DNA of 64,000 bases from an uncultured Chromatiales bacterium (GCA_964561765.1 CAZLQI010000011.1:5955-69954), one strand, 5' to 3'. Counted from the stretch's first letter, positions 1 to 10,601 are shown. Numbers and translations: made by a program. Notes: generated by a model not told the origin, from the letters alone.

Positions 1-637
1 CCGCGACGACCTGTTCATTCAGCGCGATCGGTAGGCTGGCATTGCCCTTTCCCAGGAAACCAATATTCATCGGCAGATCTTCAGCCGCCTGCAACATACG
101 ATGGATGTACCATGGGCCCGGTGTACAGGTAGTGGCATTGGTGCCAGCAGCTGGTCCCGTGCCGCCACCAAGCATGGTCGTGATACCAGACATTAACGCC
201 TCGTCCACCTGCTGCGGACAGATGAAGTGGATGTGCGCGTCTATACCACCGGCAGTAACGATCAACCCCTCGCCAGCGATGATCTCGGTGCCAGGACCGA
301 TAATAATGTCTACGGATGGTTGAATGTCGGGGTTTCCAGCCTTGCCAATACCAGCGATGCGTCCAGCCTTGAGACCAATGTCAGCTTTGACCACGCCCCA
401 CCAGTCGAGAATCAACGCATTGGTAATAACAGTGTCGACCACCTCGGCAGCGGGGCGCTGGCTCTGTCCCATCCCGTCACGAATGACTTTGCCGCCGCCG
501 AACTTGACCTCTTCACCATACACGGTGCGGTCTTCCTCGACTTCGATGACCAGCGCCGTATCGGCCAGACGCACACGGTCACCAACAGTAGGGCCATACA
601 TCTCCCCGTAGGCACGGCGATCTATCGTTCGGCTCAT
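1..637 (-). CDS. ureC: Urease alpha subunit (5' part; runs off window)
   Basis: Manual translation from ATG at 637: [27 protein letters not shown]...[17 protein letters not shown]...[14 protein letters not shown] (Ni-ligand His pair); ATGA overlap with ureB stop. Confidence 0.97.
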   Translation of the reverse strand, partial: MSRTIDRRAYGEMYGPTVGDRVRLADTALVIEVEEDRTVYGEEVKFGGGKVIRDGMGQSQRPAAEVVDTVITNALILDWWGVVKADIGLKAGRIAGIGKAGNPDIQPSVDIIIGPGTEIIAGEGLIVTAGGIDAHIHFICPQQVDEALMSGITTMLGGGTGPAAGTNATTCTPGPWYIHRMLQAAEDLPMNIGFLGKGNASLPIALNEQVVA

Positions 638-945
638 GAATCCAGTGCTCCCATGATCTGGCCGTTAAAACCATAAACTATGCGCGCACCGGATAGTGCG
701 ACCAGTTCGACCTCACGCACCTGCCCGGGCTCGAAGCGCACCGTAGTACCGGCTGGAATGTTGAGGCGGAAGCCACGCGCGGCTTCGCGCTCAAAGGCCA
801 GAGCTGCGTTGGTTTCATAGAAATGGTAGTGCGAACCTATCTGGATAGGCCGGTCTCCAGTGTTGGCGACGTCCAGCACGCGCGTCTCACGCCCTGCGTT
901 AATCTCGATCCTGCCCTCGGCAGGCAACAGCTCTCCGGGAATCAT
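634..945 (-). CDS. ureB: Urease beta subunit
   Basis: MIPGE...[17 protein letters not shown]...[17 protein letters not shown]; start placed at second Met. Confidence 0.97.
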   Translation of the reverse strand: MIPGELLPAEGRIEINAGRETRVLDVANTGDRPIQIGSHYHFYETNAALAFEREAARGFRLNIPAGTTVRFEPGQVREVELVALSGARIVYGFNGQIMGALDS

Positions 946-953
946 GAGTATCG

Positions 954-1397
954 TCACCATTTTCGGTAAGGTAGGAATTTCCCATTGTAGGTAATCTTCA
1001 CGCGATCGCCCTTGGGGTCGGATATGCGTTCAACGTTTAACTCAAAATCGATCGCGCTCATGATTCCGTCCCCGAATTCTTCATGGATCAGCGTTTTGAT
1101 AGTGCTGCCGTAGACTTGGGCGATCTCGTGCAAGCGGTAGCACAGCGGGTCGGTCGGTATCGTAGGATCCAGAGACCCCTTGAGAGGACATTCGATCAGA
1201 AGGGCAATACAGGCTGTATCGAGTCCTAGAAGCTCGACCGCAGCACACGCCTCATCCTCGTTCATGGATTGCTGCCCCAGCAGTGCGGAGGTAACCCATA
1301 CCGGATGGCGGCCAACCGTTGCGGCGATCTGTTTCCAGCTCAATCCCTTGGCGCGCTTGGCCTCGAGTACAGCAGTAGTGACATCTTCACGGATCAT
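954..1397 (-). CDS. cynS: Cyanate hydratase (cyanase)
   Basis: 147 aa; [17 protein letters not shown]...[15 protein letters not shown]...[14 protein letters not shown] with catalytic Arg/Glu/Ser equivalents. Confidence 0.96.
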   Translation of the reverse strand: MIREDVTTAVLEAKRAKGLSWKQIAATVGRHPVWVTSALLGQQSMNEDEACAAVELLGLDTACIALLIECPLKGSLDPTIPTDPLCYRLHEIAQVYGSTIKTLIHEEFGDGIMSAIDFELNVERISDPKGDRVKITYNGKFLPYRKW

Positions 1398-1420
1398 GGT
1401 ATATCGCCTCGGAATGCGGC

Positions 1421-1723
1421 TCAGGGAATGGGTTGGTGCACGGTCACCAGCTTGGTACCATCAGGGAAGGTGGCCTCAACCTGCACCTCAGAGATCATTT
1501 CAGGCACGCCGTCCATAACATCTTCGCGCGTGAGCAACGTGGTGCCGTAGTCCATCAGTTCGGCGACGCTGCGCCCTTCGCGTGCACCTTCCAGGGTGGC
1601 AGCAGAGATATAGGCCACCGCTTCGGGATAGTTGAGTTTGAGTCCGCGTGCCTTGCGTCGTTCAGCGACCAGTCCGGCAGTGAAGAGCAACAGTTTATCT
1701 TTTTCTCGCGGTGTCAGTTCCAT
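1421..1723 (-). CDS. ureA: Urease gamma subunit
   Basis: 100 aa [12 protein letters not shown]...[10 protein letters not shown]...[20 protein letters not shown]. Confidence 0.97.
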   Translation of the reverse strand: MELTPREKDKLLLFTAGLVAERRKARGLKLNYPEAVAYISAATLEGAREGRSVAELMDYGTTLLTREDVMDGVPEMISEVQVEATFPDGTKLVTVHQPIP

Positions 1724-1740
1724 AGTCTTGTCCGGTATCT

Positions 1741-2586
1741 TCAGGTAGCCCAGATACGCGGTGCGCATGCGGCGCGACCGAATACCACAGGTCGTAGTGC
1801 CTCCCACAGTCGCACGAACCAAGCGTGGGCATATCGTACCTGTGGCCCAAGATAACGTGCCACTAATAGGCCGTCAATAATGCTCACACCAGCGATCCCA
1901 ACGTGTGGCTCCCCGGCCCTATCACAGATCGCCTCGCCAGCGAGCGCATCGAAGCCTGCCACCGTACATAGCAACGTCGCGGTCACCGGCTGACCTTGTA
2001 ACCCCCATAGCGCGGCGAGTTGTGTTGCACCACCTTCCAGTAACAATCGCTCACTCAGTAGCGGCAATCCATCGTGCTCGACGTTGAGATATTGTTCGAA
2101 ACGCCCGGTCTCGAAATACTTGCCCGCCGCAGGTCGGCCCAGACAAATGATTTCCCAGCCAAGGTAACGCGCCGTACCCTTGAGGCTGATGCGCGTTTCC
2201 AAGCGGGTCCGGCTACCGGTATAGAGAATCGTCTCCTGCGGCAACCACTCCAGCGCAGCGTCGTCGGCAACGCTAAATCGCTGGCACACGTGGACTTCGC
2301 CCGTGGTGCGGTAAACCTTGCCCGCCCCCGGTGTGGTAATGAGTGCATGAGCACCCGGGGAGACCTCGACGATAAGCTCCAACGTGTCGCCCCCCACCAG
2401 ACCGGCTGGTGGGTGCAGCAAATAGCTGTGACATACCTCACCTTGAGGGTGTGCGCCCTCAGGAAAAAAGGGTCGCTGTACCAGCAGCGGACCGATGTGA
2501 CGTCGATGAATCGGCACGGTCCGCCCGGCGCTGGGTGCATAGCCCAACTCAAGCCGCGCGTGCCAACCTTCCGTTGCCTGCATCAA
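1741..2586 (-). CDS. ureD: Urease accessory protein UreD
   Basis: [43 protein letters not shown] motifs; directly upstream of ureA. Confidence 0.95.
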   Translation of the reverse strand: MMQATEGWHARLELGYAPSAGRTVPIHRRHIGPLLVQRPFFPEGAHPQGEVCHSYLLHPPAGLVGGDTLELIVEVSPGAHALITTPGAGKVYRTTGEVHVCQRFSVADDAALEWLPQETILYTGSRTRLETRISLKGTARYLGWEIICLGRPAAGKYFETGRFEQYLNVEHDGLPLLSERLLLEGGATQLAALWGLQGQPVTATLLCTVAGFDALAGEAICDRAGEPHVGIAGVSIIDGLLVARYLGPQVRYAHAWFVRLWEALRPVVFGRAACAPRIWAT

Positions 2587-3338
2587 CTAACCTCCAAGTG
2601 TTTACGAATCACGCTATCGTCGAGCGCCTCCATGCGCCCGCCGGCAACGATCTTGCCACGATCGAGAATACTGTAGACGTGGCCTATCTGGCGTGCAAAC
2701 CCGATTTTCTGCTCCACCAGCAACACGCTCAGACCCCGCTTGCGATTGAGCTCAGTCACCACACTGCGGATCAATGTCACTAAATTGGGTTGAATACCTT
2801 CGGTTGGTTCGTCGAGAATCAACAATTTTGGTCGCCCCATAAGCGCGCGTGCGATGGCCAACTGCTGCTGTTGTCCGCCGGATAGATTACCACCGCGACG
2901 GCGCAACATGCGTTTGAGATCGGGGAAATAGTCAAACAACTCAACAGGTATCTCAGGATTGCGTTCCCCGGTGGCGAAACCACCAATCCGGATGTTTTCC
3001 TCAACCGTTAACTGTGGCAGAATTTCGCGGCCTTGCGGCACGAAACCAAACCCCAGTTGAGCACGGCAGTGGGTTGGTATGGCATCAATAGACTCGCCAT
3101 TCCAGTACATATGGCCACTCCAAGTCGACAACAGACCCATTACCGCGCGCAGCATCGTTGTCTTGCCCACACCATTGCGCCCGAGCAGACAAGTGACCTC
3201 GCCTTGCTTCACGCTGAGCCTTACACCCCTGAGCACGGTGGTGGAACCGTAACCCGTCACTAGATCATGCACCTCCAGAAGCGGTCTGATGCCAATCTTT
3301 GGTGTCTGCTCGATAAATACATTGGGCTCAGTGCTCAC
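2583..3338 (-). CDS. urtE: Urea ABC transporter ATP-binding subunit UrtE
   Basis: Walker A GRNGVGKT, VPQGREI, LSGGQQQQLAIARAL, DEPTEGIQP; operon position. Confidence 0.92.
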   Translation of the reverse strand: MSTEPNVFIEQTPKIGIRPLLEVHDLVTGYGSTTVLRGVRLSVKQGEVTCLLGRNGVGKTTMLRAVMGLLSTWSGHMYWNGESIDAIPTHCRAQLGFGFVPQGREILPQLTVEENIRIGGFATGERNPEIPVELFDYFPDLKRMLRRRGGNLSGGQQQQLAIARALMGRPKLLILDEPTEGIQPNLVTLIRSVVTELNRKRGLSVLLVEQKIGFARQIGHVYSILDRGKIVAGGRMEALDDSVIRKHLEVS

Positions 3339-4081
3339 GCCGCCTCCTCACCGAGATAGACTTTGCGTACTTGGGCATTGGCACTGACAAAATCGAAATT
3401 ACCTTCCGCCAGCAACTTCCCCTGATGCAGCACTAAAACCCGATCGGCGATGCTGCGCACGAACGCCATATCGTGCTCGATCACCAAGACGCTATGTGCA
3501 CGCGTGAGTTCACGCAGCAGCGATGCAGTCGCATCGATTTCTTCCTGGGTCATTCCCGCGATTGGCTCATCCAGAATCAACAAACGCGGGCGCATGCCCA
3601 AGACCATAGCGATTTCTAGCCACTGTTTTTGCCCGTGACTGAGCACCTGTGCTTTGTTCCGTGCGTGCCTTGCCAGGCCGGTTTGCGTGAGCAGATCGTC
3701 GATAAACTGGCGCTGCCCGGGCGACTCACGCCCCAACAATGCCGCACGCAGAGTTTTTTCCGGCTGCGTGGCGAGGCGCAGATTCTCTTCAAGAGTTAGG
3801 TCAGGGAATACACTTGGTGTTTGAAACTTACGCGCGATACCTACCCGTGCGATGCTATGTTCCTGCCAGTGTGTGATATCTGCACCATCAAAAAGTACGC
3901 TACCCGAAGCAGACCGCGTACGACCGGTCACCACGTCTACAAATGTCGTCTTGCCTGCGCCATTAGGTCCAATGGCTACGGTCAATTCATCCTCGCGGAT
4001 ACTCAGACTGAGATCATCGATCGCACGAAAACCGTCGAATTCCACGGTAATGTTGAAGACTTCGAGGATATCCCGGTTCAC
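3335..4081 (-). CDS. urtD: Urea ABC transporter ATP-binding subunit UrtD
   Basis: GPNGAGKT, RKFQTPSVF, LSHGQKQWLEI, EHDM; GTG start at 4081 overlaps urtC stop (GTGA). Confidence 0.92.
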   Translation of the reverse strand: MNRDILEVFNITVEFDGFRAIDDLSLSIREDELTVAIGPNGAGKTTFVDVVTGRTRSASGSVLFDGADITHWQEHSIARVGIARKFQTPSVFPDLTLEENLRLATQPEKTLRAALLGRESPGQRQFIDDLLTQTGLARHARNKAQVLSHGQKQWLEIAMVLGMRPRLLILDEPIAGMTQEEIDATASLLRELTRAHSVLVIEHDMAFVRSIADRVLVLHQGKLLAEGNFDFVSANAQVRKVYLGEEAA

Positions 4082-5184
4082 GTACGTTTTCTCCTGTACA
4101 GAAGATCGAACAGACCAACGATTCCGCGAGGAAACACTAACACCACCAGTACGAACAGGCCACCCATGAAATACAGCCAAACGGTCGCGAAACTGCTGGC
4201 CAGATAGTATTGTGCATATTGCACCAACAATGCGCCGATCACCGCACCGATCACGCTGCCACGTCCGCCGATGGCAACCCAGATGACCATGGTAATCGAA
4301 GGAACCACACCGAGCATATTGGGTGTAATGATGCCATTTTGAGGCACATACAAGGCGCCAGCAACACCGGCCAGCGCGGCAGCCAGCGCAAATATAAACG
4401 CCTGGAATACCGCCGGGTTATAGCCCAGGAAACGCAGGCGATTTTCACCATCGCGTACTGCGCGCAACACCGCGCCGAATGAGGAATGGGTAAGCCACCA
4501 TACCAACGCGAGCGCACCAATTAGCGCGATCACAGTCACCAGATAAAGTGCTGTGTAGGTGCTGTTGTCATAAAACGAGTGTCCGAGGATTGAGGTGTAG
4601 TTGGTCAACCCGGAACTGCCTCCGGTAAAACTCTGGCGTTCCAGCGCCAGGGTAGAGAACGCAACCGCTAACGCCTCAGTGAGGATCGAGAAATACACGC
4701 CCTTGATGCGACTGCGAAAGATGATGAGCCCGAATACGAACCCGATTAGCCCCGGAACCACGAGCACGAACAGCAAAGCGAACCAGAAATTGCGGCTCAG
4801 TTCCCACATCCAAGGCAGATGCGTCACTCCGCTGTACATCATGAAATCGGGAACGCCGCCCACCGCCAGTCCCTGTGTTTTCAGGTAGAAGGCCATCAGG
4901 TAGCCGCCGATACCGAAAAACACCGCCTGTCCAAGACTGAGAATTCCCGCATATCCCCAGATGAGATCGAGGCCGACGGCGAGAATCGCCATGGCCAGAA
5001 ACTGGCCCAGCAAATTCAATGAGGTCGGCCCCAGATACAGGGGTGCACTCAGTGCGGCAAGAGCGAGCCCTACCCAGACTAATGCTGGCAGCCGCACCCG
5101 GCTGAGAGGGCGACGCCCAGGCAGCTCCAACCCTTCCTCAACCGCTGGCATAAGCGACATATTCTCAGAATCCAGCGTACGCAT
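4078..5184 (-). CDS. urtC: Urea ABC transporter permease UrtC
   Basis: LDLIWGYAGILSLGQAVFFGIGGY, RSRIKGVYFSI, AVRDGENRLRFLGY, WVAIGGRG. Confidence 0.92.
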   Translation of the reverse strand: MRTLDSENMSLMPAVEEGLELPGRRPLSRVRLPALVWVGLALAALSAPLYLGPTSLNLLGQFLAMAILAVGLDLIWGYAGILSLGQAVFFGIGGYLMAFYLKTQGLAVGGVPDFMMYSGVTHLPWMWELSRNFWFALLFVLVVPGLIGFVFGLIIFRSRIKGVYFSILTEALAVAFSTLALERQSFTGGSSGLTNYTSILGHSFYDNSTYTALYLVTVIALIGALALVWWLTHSSFGAVLRAVRDGENRLRFLGYNPAVFQAFIFALAAALAGVAGALYVPQNGIITPNMLGVVPSITMVIWVAIGGRGSVIGAVIGALLVQYAQYYLASSFATVWLYFMGGLFVLVVLVFPRGIVGLFDLLYRRKRT

Positions 5185-6095
5185 CAGTCGAGTGCCCGGT
5201 TACGGGAGGGGAAAATACCCCCTGGGCGCATTTGCAGCGCCAGAATGATCAGGGTGAATACTGCTACTTTAGCCTCGGTCGAATTGGTAAAAAATTCCAG
5301 TATGGAATGGGTCTCTCCAATAACGAATGCCCCCAACAGGGTACCAAACAGACTCCCAACGCCACCGAGTACGACGACCATGAAAGCATCGATAATGTAA
5401 TGCTGACCCGTGGTTGGTCCGATAGAACCGATCAGAGACAAACCCACGCCGGCCACACCAGCCACACCGGAACCCAGCGCAAACGTCAGCATATCGATAC
5501 GTCGTGGAGAAATACCAAATGATGCCGCTGTCGCACGATTTTGCATGGCGGCGCGTATCTGCAGGCCTGAACGACTATAGTGCAGAAACAACAGTACACC
5601 GACAAATACCACGGCCACCAGCGCCAATATATACAGGCGCGCATAGGGCAGTCGCAGTACGCCCAGCGTAACCCCACCGGATAACCATTGAGGAGTTTGC
5701 ACCGCCACGTTGTTCGAACCGAATAGGTTTCTGAATACCTGCTGCAAAATCAGCGAAACACCCCAGGTGGCGAGCAATGTCTCCAACGGGCGACCGTAAA
5801 GAAAACGCACCACAACCCACTCCAGTACCAGACCGAGAAGTGCCGCGCACACGAATGCTACCGGAATCGCCAGCAAGTATGTCCACGAAGCCGCCGCCGC
5901 GCCTCCCATCTTGAACAACGCACCCTGGGTCAGATAGGTCGCATAGGCACCGGCGGTCATCAGCTCGCCATGCGCCATGTTGATCACCCCCATGAGGCCA
6001 AAAATGATGGCCAGACCCAGTGCCATCATCAGCAAAATGGAGAAATAACTCAGGCCATTGAATAACTGGCTTGCCATCGCCACGGTGTTCATCAC
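5184..6095 (-). CDS. urtB: Urea ABC transporter permease UrtB
   Basis: GLAIIFGLMGVINMAHGE, LYGRPLETLLATWGVSL, FMVVVLGGVG. Confidence 0.92.
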   Translation of the reverse strand: MMNTVAMASQLFNGLSYFSILLMMALGLAIIFGLMGVINMAHGELMTAGAYATYLTQGALFKMGGAAAASWTYLLAIPVAFVCAALLGLVLEWVVVRFLYGRPLETLLATWGVSLILQQVFRNLFGSNNVAVQTPQWLSGGVTLGVLRLPYARLYILALVAVVFVGVLLFLHYSRSGLQIRAAMQNRATAASFGISPRRIDMLTFALGSGVAGVAGVGLSLIGSIGPTTGQHYIIDAFMVVVLGGVGSLFGTLLGAFVIGETHSILEFFTNSTEAKVAVFTLIILALQMRPGGIFPSRNRALD

Positions 6096-6108
6096 ACTTC
6101 TCCTGTGT

Positions 6109-6135
6109 CACGGGGCCTGCTTGTCAGGCCCCGTG
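6109..6135 (-). other. Intercistronic hairpin between urtA and urtB
   Basis: CACGGGGCCTG-cttgt-CAGGCCCCGTG 11-bp stem; position fits an mRNA-stabilising or attenuating hairpin after a binding-protein gene. Confidence 0.55.
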
Positions 6136-6157
6136 TTCTGTCAGAAACCGGTGGGGT

Positions 6158-7423
6158 TCAGGTACTGTGTTTGACCAGGCCACCCTTGGGCCAGTCGCAC
6201 ATCATATCTGAAACATACGGGCTGTACGGCTGTGGCTCGACCGGCTTGTCCGTATTCCACACTTCCTCGAACATGCCATCCGGCCGAATCTTGCCAACAC
6301 GCACGATCTGCGACATGTTCTGATTTTCCTTGCTGACCTGCACTGCACCCTGCGGCGCGTCGAAACTGAAGGTGGAAACTGCGGCACGTACCTTGTCGGG
6401 AGCGAAACTGCCGGCTTTCTCCACCGCCTTGGCCCATAGATAGACATTCAGATAACCGTGCTCTATGGGATCATCGGTAACGGAATCCTGACCGTAGGCA
6501 TCCTTATAGGCTTTGATGAAGGCCTTGTTCTGCGACGTATTGGTGGTCATAAAATAATTCCAACAGGCATAATGTCCTGCGCAGTATTGCGGACCGATGC
6601 CCTGGATTTCCACCTCGGCGATACTGGTGGACATGATCGGCAGTTTCTCCGGAGTCAACCCGGCTTGCTGGAACTGTTTAAAGAAGGCGACATTACTGCT
6701 GCCGTTGAGCGTGTTGTACACCACGTCGGCGTCAGAATACTTTATTTTGTCGATAATCGTGGCGAACTCCATGTGCCCCAGTGGCGCGTATTCCACGCCC
6801 GCAGTCTTTCCACCCAGCGCCTTGATTTGAGCCTGAATGATAGCGTTGGCGGTGCGCGGAAACACGTAGTCGGAACCGATCAGAAAGAACTTCTTGCCTT
6901 TGTTCTTCAACAGCCATTCCACAGAAGGCTCGATCTGCTGATTGGGGCAAGCGCCCGTATAGATGATATCGTGTGAGCACTCCATACCTTCATACTGCAC
7001 CGGGTACCAGAGCAGGTTGCCGTAATGTTGTACCACCGGCAATACGGCCTTACGGCTAGCTGAAGTCCAGCAGCCGAAGATTGTGGTCACGTGATCCTCG
7101 GTAATCAACTTCTTAGCTAGACGCGCGAATGTCGGCCAATCCGAGGCGCCATCAACCACAATCGGCTCTATCTTGCGCCCGAGTACACCACCCTTGGCAT
7201 TGATCTCATTGATTGCCAGAAGTTCAGCATTCTTCACCGGAATTTCACTGATTGCCATGGTCCCGGAGAGCGAATGCAGATCACCTACCTTTACCGTTTC
7301 TGCACTGGTTCCACCCTTCCATAGCGCTTCAGCACTGGCGGTTGTGAATCCGCCTATGAGTGGATAGGCTGCAGCGCCAACAACGGCGGCTCCTGCTCTC
7401 TTGAGAAAGTTTCTACGTTTCAT
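6158..7423 (-). CDS. urtA: Urea ABC transporter substrate-binding protein UrtA with Tat signal
   Basis: MKRRNFLK twin-arginine leader; [48 protein letters not shown]. Confidence 0.94.
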   Translation of the reverse strand: MKRRNFLKRAGAAVVGAAAYPLIGGFTTASAEALWKGGTSAETVKVGDLHSLSGTMAISEIPVKNAELLAINEINAKGGVLGRKIEPIVVDGASDWPTFARLAKKLITEDHVTTIFGCWTSASRKAVLPVVQHYGNLLWYPVQYEGMECSHDIIYTGACPNQQIEPSVEWLLKNKGKKFFLIGSDYVFPRTANAIIQAQIKALGGKTAGVEYAPLGHMEFATIIDKIKYSDADVVYNTLNGSSNVAFFKQFQQAGLTPEKLPIMSTSIAEVEIQGIGPQYCAGHYACWNYFMTTNTSQNKAFIKAYKDAYGQDSVTDDPIEHGYLNVYLWAKAVEKAGSFAPDKVRAAVSTFSFDAPQGAVQVSKENQNMSQIVRVGKIRPDGMFEEVWNTDKPVEPQPYSPYVSDMMCDWPKGGLVKHST

Positions 7424-7580
7424 TTCATGCTCCTGACGGTGATAGTGATAGATAGATAACGGCTGGTTGATCTCAGTGTGTTGCACCCAGACAGCAGCGA
7501 AACCCCGGCCTCATTACACGTCTCTTAGCTGATATCTATATTCGATCCAGGCAAACAGCAGATTTGTTAACCACTCAGTC

Positions 7581-7598
7581 AGGCATAAACTATGCCAA
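7581..7598 (-). promoter_or_regulatory. sigma54 (-24/-12) promoter of the urt-ure-cyn operon
   Basis: Minus strand TTGGCATAGTTTATGCCT = GG-N10-GC. Confidence 0.7.
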
Positions 7599-7701
7599 TA
7601 ATTTAACGCCTTATATTTCCTGAGATTCTGTTCCACACACATCAAGGAACATGCGCTTATCTCGCCACACCGTCTCCATATGGTGCGCGGCCATCTGTGG
7701 T

Positions 7702-7718
7702 TGCACTAAATTTGTGCG
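7702..7718. promoter_or_regulatory. NtrC-type enhancer site
   Basis: TGCAC-TAAATTT-GTGCG matches TGCAC-N7-GTGCA, about 105 bp upstream of the sigma54 motif; a weaker site ends TGGTGCG at 7681-7687. Confidence 0.7.
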
Positions 7719-7849
7719 TTAATGCACAACGCGATCTTCTCTTTGGTATGGCCAGATCGACAAAACAGAATGTACTGCAGCAGCATCAAAGCCAGAAGAT
7801 GAGAGCTCACGATCAAGAATATTCCGAGTTCAAAAAAAGGAAGTAGTTA

Positions 7850-8112
7850 AGGATGGCATGCGTGCTGAGCGCAGATTTGGCAAACAGGGTCTGCCCGAGA
7901 CCCCTGCAGAAGCGTGCGATGGAAGGCGTGCTGGAAGAAGCGTAAAGCCGTCGCTGCCGATCTCTGCGGATCTACACCTCAAGCAACGTGGGTCAAGCCT
8001 GAACAGGCCCTGGAGTGTTTCTCAGAAAGGTGGGACAGCAAGTACCCCGGCAAGCGACCGACCCGGCACTCTGTTTGGGTATGCCTGACAGTATTCTTCG
8101 ATTTCCCGCCGG
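7850..8112 (+). pseudogene. IS256-family transposase remnant
   Basis: WKKRKAVAADL...EQALECFSERWDSKYP...W..LTVFFDFPP resembles an internal IS256 transposase segment; truncated and degenerate. Confidence 0.7.
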
Positions 8113-8121
8113 GCGTGGCCC

Positions 8122-8973
8122 TTACCAGACATACCCTACGCTCAGCGAGAGATAACGCGTGGTGCTACGTGGCGCTGCATCCTGTGTCACACCACCTTCC
8201 AGGTAGATCTGCACGGGATCAAAACGGTAAAGTATCGTCGTGGCAGCATAGGTGTTGGATGCACTACCATCAATGGCAGAGATATAGTGTGACCACACCA
8301 ACGATACATCAGCAGGGCTGAAACTGTAACCCAGTTCCAGTCGCGCACTGCGTTTCAGGAAACCCTGCGTCAAGACCAGCGTAGCAGAAGAAAAGACACG
8401 CGCCGCACGTTGTGAGCCCAGTATGGAAGGGTCCCGTGAGTAATTGTAGATGTGCACGTCGGCATTCCAGAACCACTTGCCGAAACCATTGTAGGCCAGC
8501 GCACCACCCAAGCCGGTGCTGCCCAGTGTCGCCTGTCTTCGCAGAAACCGCGGGGCAGCATAGAGGTGTATGCGTCGATACTCGGGCAGCAGACGCAGTG
8601 ACCAGCCCCCTGATACATAGGCCACCGCCAGTTTGAGCGCCTGCGTTTCCAGCTCGCCAGCATGGCCCCAGTAAGCGTACTGCAGTGCGACATGAACCGG
8701 TGCGCGTCGATCGGTGTCGAAACCAATCGACCAGTATCGTGTATCGGTACCGCCCGGTGGGGCGTTGGACCGTGTCGTGCTGGCACTCAGCAACAGCGTG
8801 GCCCCCTTGGGCGGGCCCACGTTGAGATCCAGCCCCCTAGTGTCGGTGCCCATCGTATCGTGGGAGGTATCAAACCAGATCGAGCTTGCCATGGCATTTG
8901 TCAGTGGCACTCCGCACAGCACACACAGCAGGCATAGATACAGACCAAACCCCGGTGCCTTGCGGCGCCGCAC
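8122..8973 (-). CDS. Putative outer-membrane beta-barrel protein
   Basis: Probable GTG start giving signal peptide MRRRKAPGFGLYLCLLCVLCGVPLTNAMA; alternating amphipathic strands; C-terminal YLSLSVGYVW; start uncertain. Confidence 0.6.
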   Translation of the reverse strand: MRRRKAPGFGLYLCLLCVLCGVPLTNAMASSIWFDTSHDTMGTDTRGLDLNVGPPKGATLLLSASTTRSNAPPGGTDTRYWSIGFDTDRRAPVHVALQYAYWGHAGELETQALKLAVAYVSGGWSLRLLPEYRRIHLYAAPRFLRRQATLGSTGLGGALAYNGFGKWFWNADVHIYNYSRDPSILGSQRAARVFSSATLVLTQGFLKRSARLELGYSFSPADVSLVWSHYISAIDGSASNTYAATTILYRFDPVQIYLEGGVTQDAAPRSTTRYLSLSVGYVW

Positions 8974-9139
8974 GCAAACAGTGCCGATACTCGCCACGCC
9001 ATGCCCCCTTGCAAATACACGCGTTTTCAGGTGCCACCGACGACGAACGACACGACGGCGTTCCCCCCTGAATACGGTGACTCTCGGGACATTAACGCAG
9101 CACGCGCGCAGCGGTTGACCGGCATGGTCAAATTTTATA

Positions 9140-9355
9140 TCAGTCCTTCTTTTCCTGTGCCTCGACCACCTCTGCAACACCGGGTATCACTGGCTGTGGT
9201 GCTGTCTCGGAGGCACTGTCGTCCTTGACTGCTGCGCGAAAGCCTTTTACCGCCGCTCCCAGATCGCCGGCCACATTGCGCAGACGCTTGGTGCCGAAAA
9301 CGACAATCACGATGGCCAGCACCACCAGCCAGTGCCAGATACTGAATTCACCCAT
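9140..9355 (-). CDS. tatA: Twin-arginine translocase TatA/E subunit
   Basis: [40 protein letters not shown]. Confidence 0.93.
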   Translation of the reverse strand: MGEFSIWHWLVVLAIVIVVFGTKRLRNVAGDLGAAVKGFRAAVKDDSASETAPQPVIPGVAEVVEAQEKKD

Positions 9356-9890
9356 GGTCTCATCCTGCATTAAGTAGAAAAACGTAAATATTCACCCTTG
9401 GACATGGCGTTCCCGCTACATCGAAGGACTCCTGTGAGGACAAATCAGCGTGGTGACGTACCCTCGACGCACAGACGGAAAACGCGCAGTGTGAGCTGAT
9501 GGCAGCCTGAATATAGGCCGGATGTATTTGCCACTCAATTGCCCCGAAGGAAACCGTTCCAGAGCCATGAGTGACACGTTAATGGCCGCCAGACACCTGC
9601 CCGCTCTGGATACTTGTGACTACGCCAGAGGCGACAAGCGTTCCGACAATCTGTCGTCCCCAGACCGACGGGCCATCATACACCCCGCACGGCTGGCCTG
9701 CAGCGGATGGCCGCAGAACCCGGCCTCACTCGGCCACGGGCACAATGACAAGATTGTGCCCACGAACACGCCTTGCGCCAACACCCGCCTCTGCGGCACA
9801 CAGGTGGCACACTTCGAGCCGCGCCAGGGTGTTCAACCCTGGCGACCCGCCGTTCATTTGGACCCCCCACCCGCCATCGGCGGCCGGGGA

Positions 9891-10088
9891 TCATTGCGGA
9901 TTACTGAGATTGGTCTCGAAATTCGTGCCCGGATTTTCCACTTCAATATCCATATAGGCCTGTCGGGTTTCTTCCGACTCGAAGTAGATCTTGATGGCGG
10001 TATCCCCTTCACCCTCAACGATAAACGGGTGCTTCTCGGGACTCGGTATGTCGTGCAGGGTAATGGGGTCAGTGGTACTTACCATCAT
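9891..10088 (-). CDS. Small acidic hypothetical protein (YHS-like pattern lacking Cys)
   Basis: RBS GAGGGAGGA upstream; TDPIT...HPFIVEG...IYFESEETRQAY. Confidence 0.65.
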   Translation of the reverse strand: MMVSTTDPITLHDIPSPEKHPFIVEGEGDTAIKIYFESEETRQAYMDIEVENPGTNFETNLSNPQ

Positions 10089-10601
10089 GGCGGCGTCCTC
10101 CCTCGTCATGGAGGCACAAGCGATCCGCGCGGTAGCCGCATCGCCATACTCCCAACCTCGCATGCGACCCGCAGGCCGGAAGGCAGGCCTACGCAGTTGG
10201 CCTGATTCCAATCATCCCGGTTCAGGCCATTCACTGAAAAACACATGATAAGCGTACCTTTCAGCGCCTCCCCTTCAATGTACAGGGTTACTTAAAGTGT
10301 AGAAGATCAGCGGGCAAAAACAAGCCTACTGGCGCAACAGTTCGACAACGCGCCCGGTATGCTCGACGCGAGAAAACAGGCGGCATAAAATGGGCCCGGC
10401 GTGGCATACCGAGCGTCCGCGACGACCTGAACACTCGCCCGCTCACGCGGCCTTCACCGAGGATGCCCCTTTATCAGAGGGTCAGAAAGTGCATGTTGGG
10501 GCCAGTGGCAGGCGTCTACTGCGCCTCACTGCGGATTCAACGCAGCAATACGTGCAGGATCATCACCGACACACACTGGAACGAGCAACCGGACCCGCAC
10601 C

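Noticed and set aside
4082-4180. N-terminal extension of urtD (and similar extensions of ureA, urtA, ccsA and 29848 in the ORF track)
   Set aside because: Overlap upstream genes or lack an RBS; downstream starts fit family N-termini and stop/start coupling
9522-10205. 227-aa plus-strand ORF
   Set aside because: No motif; overlaps the better-supported minus-strand small gene that has a strong RBS
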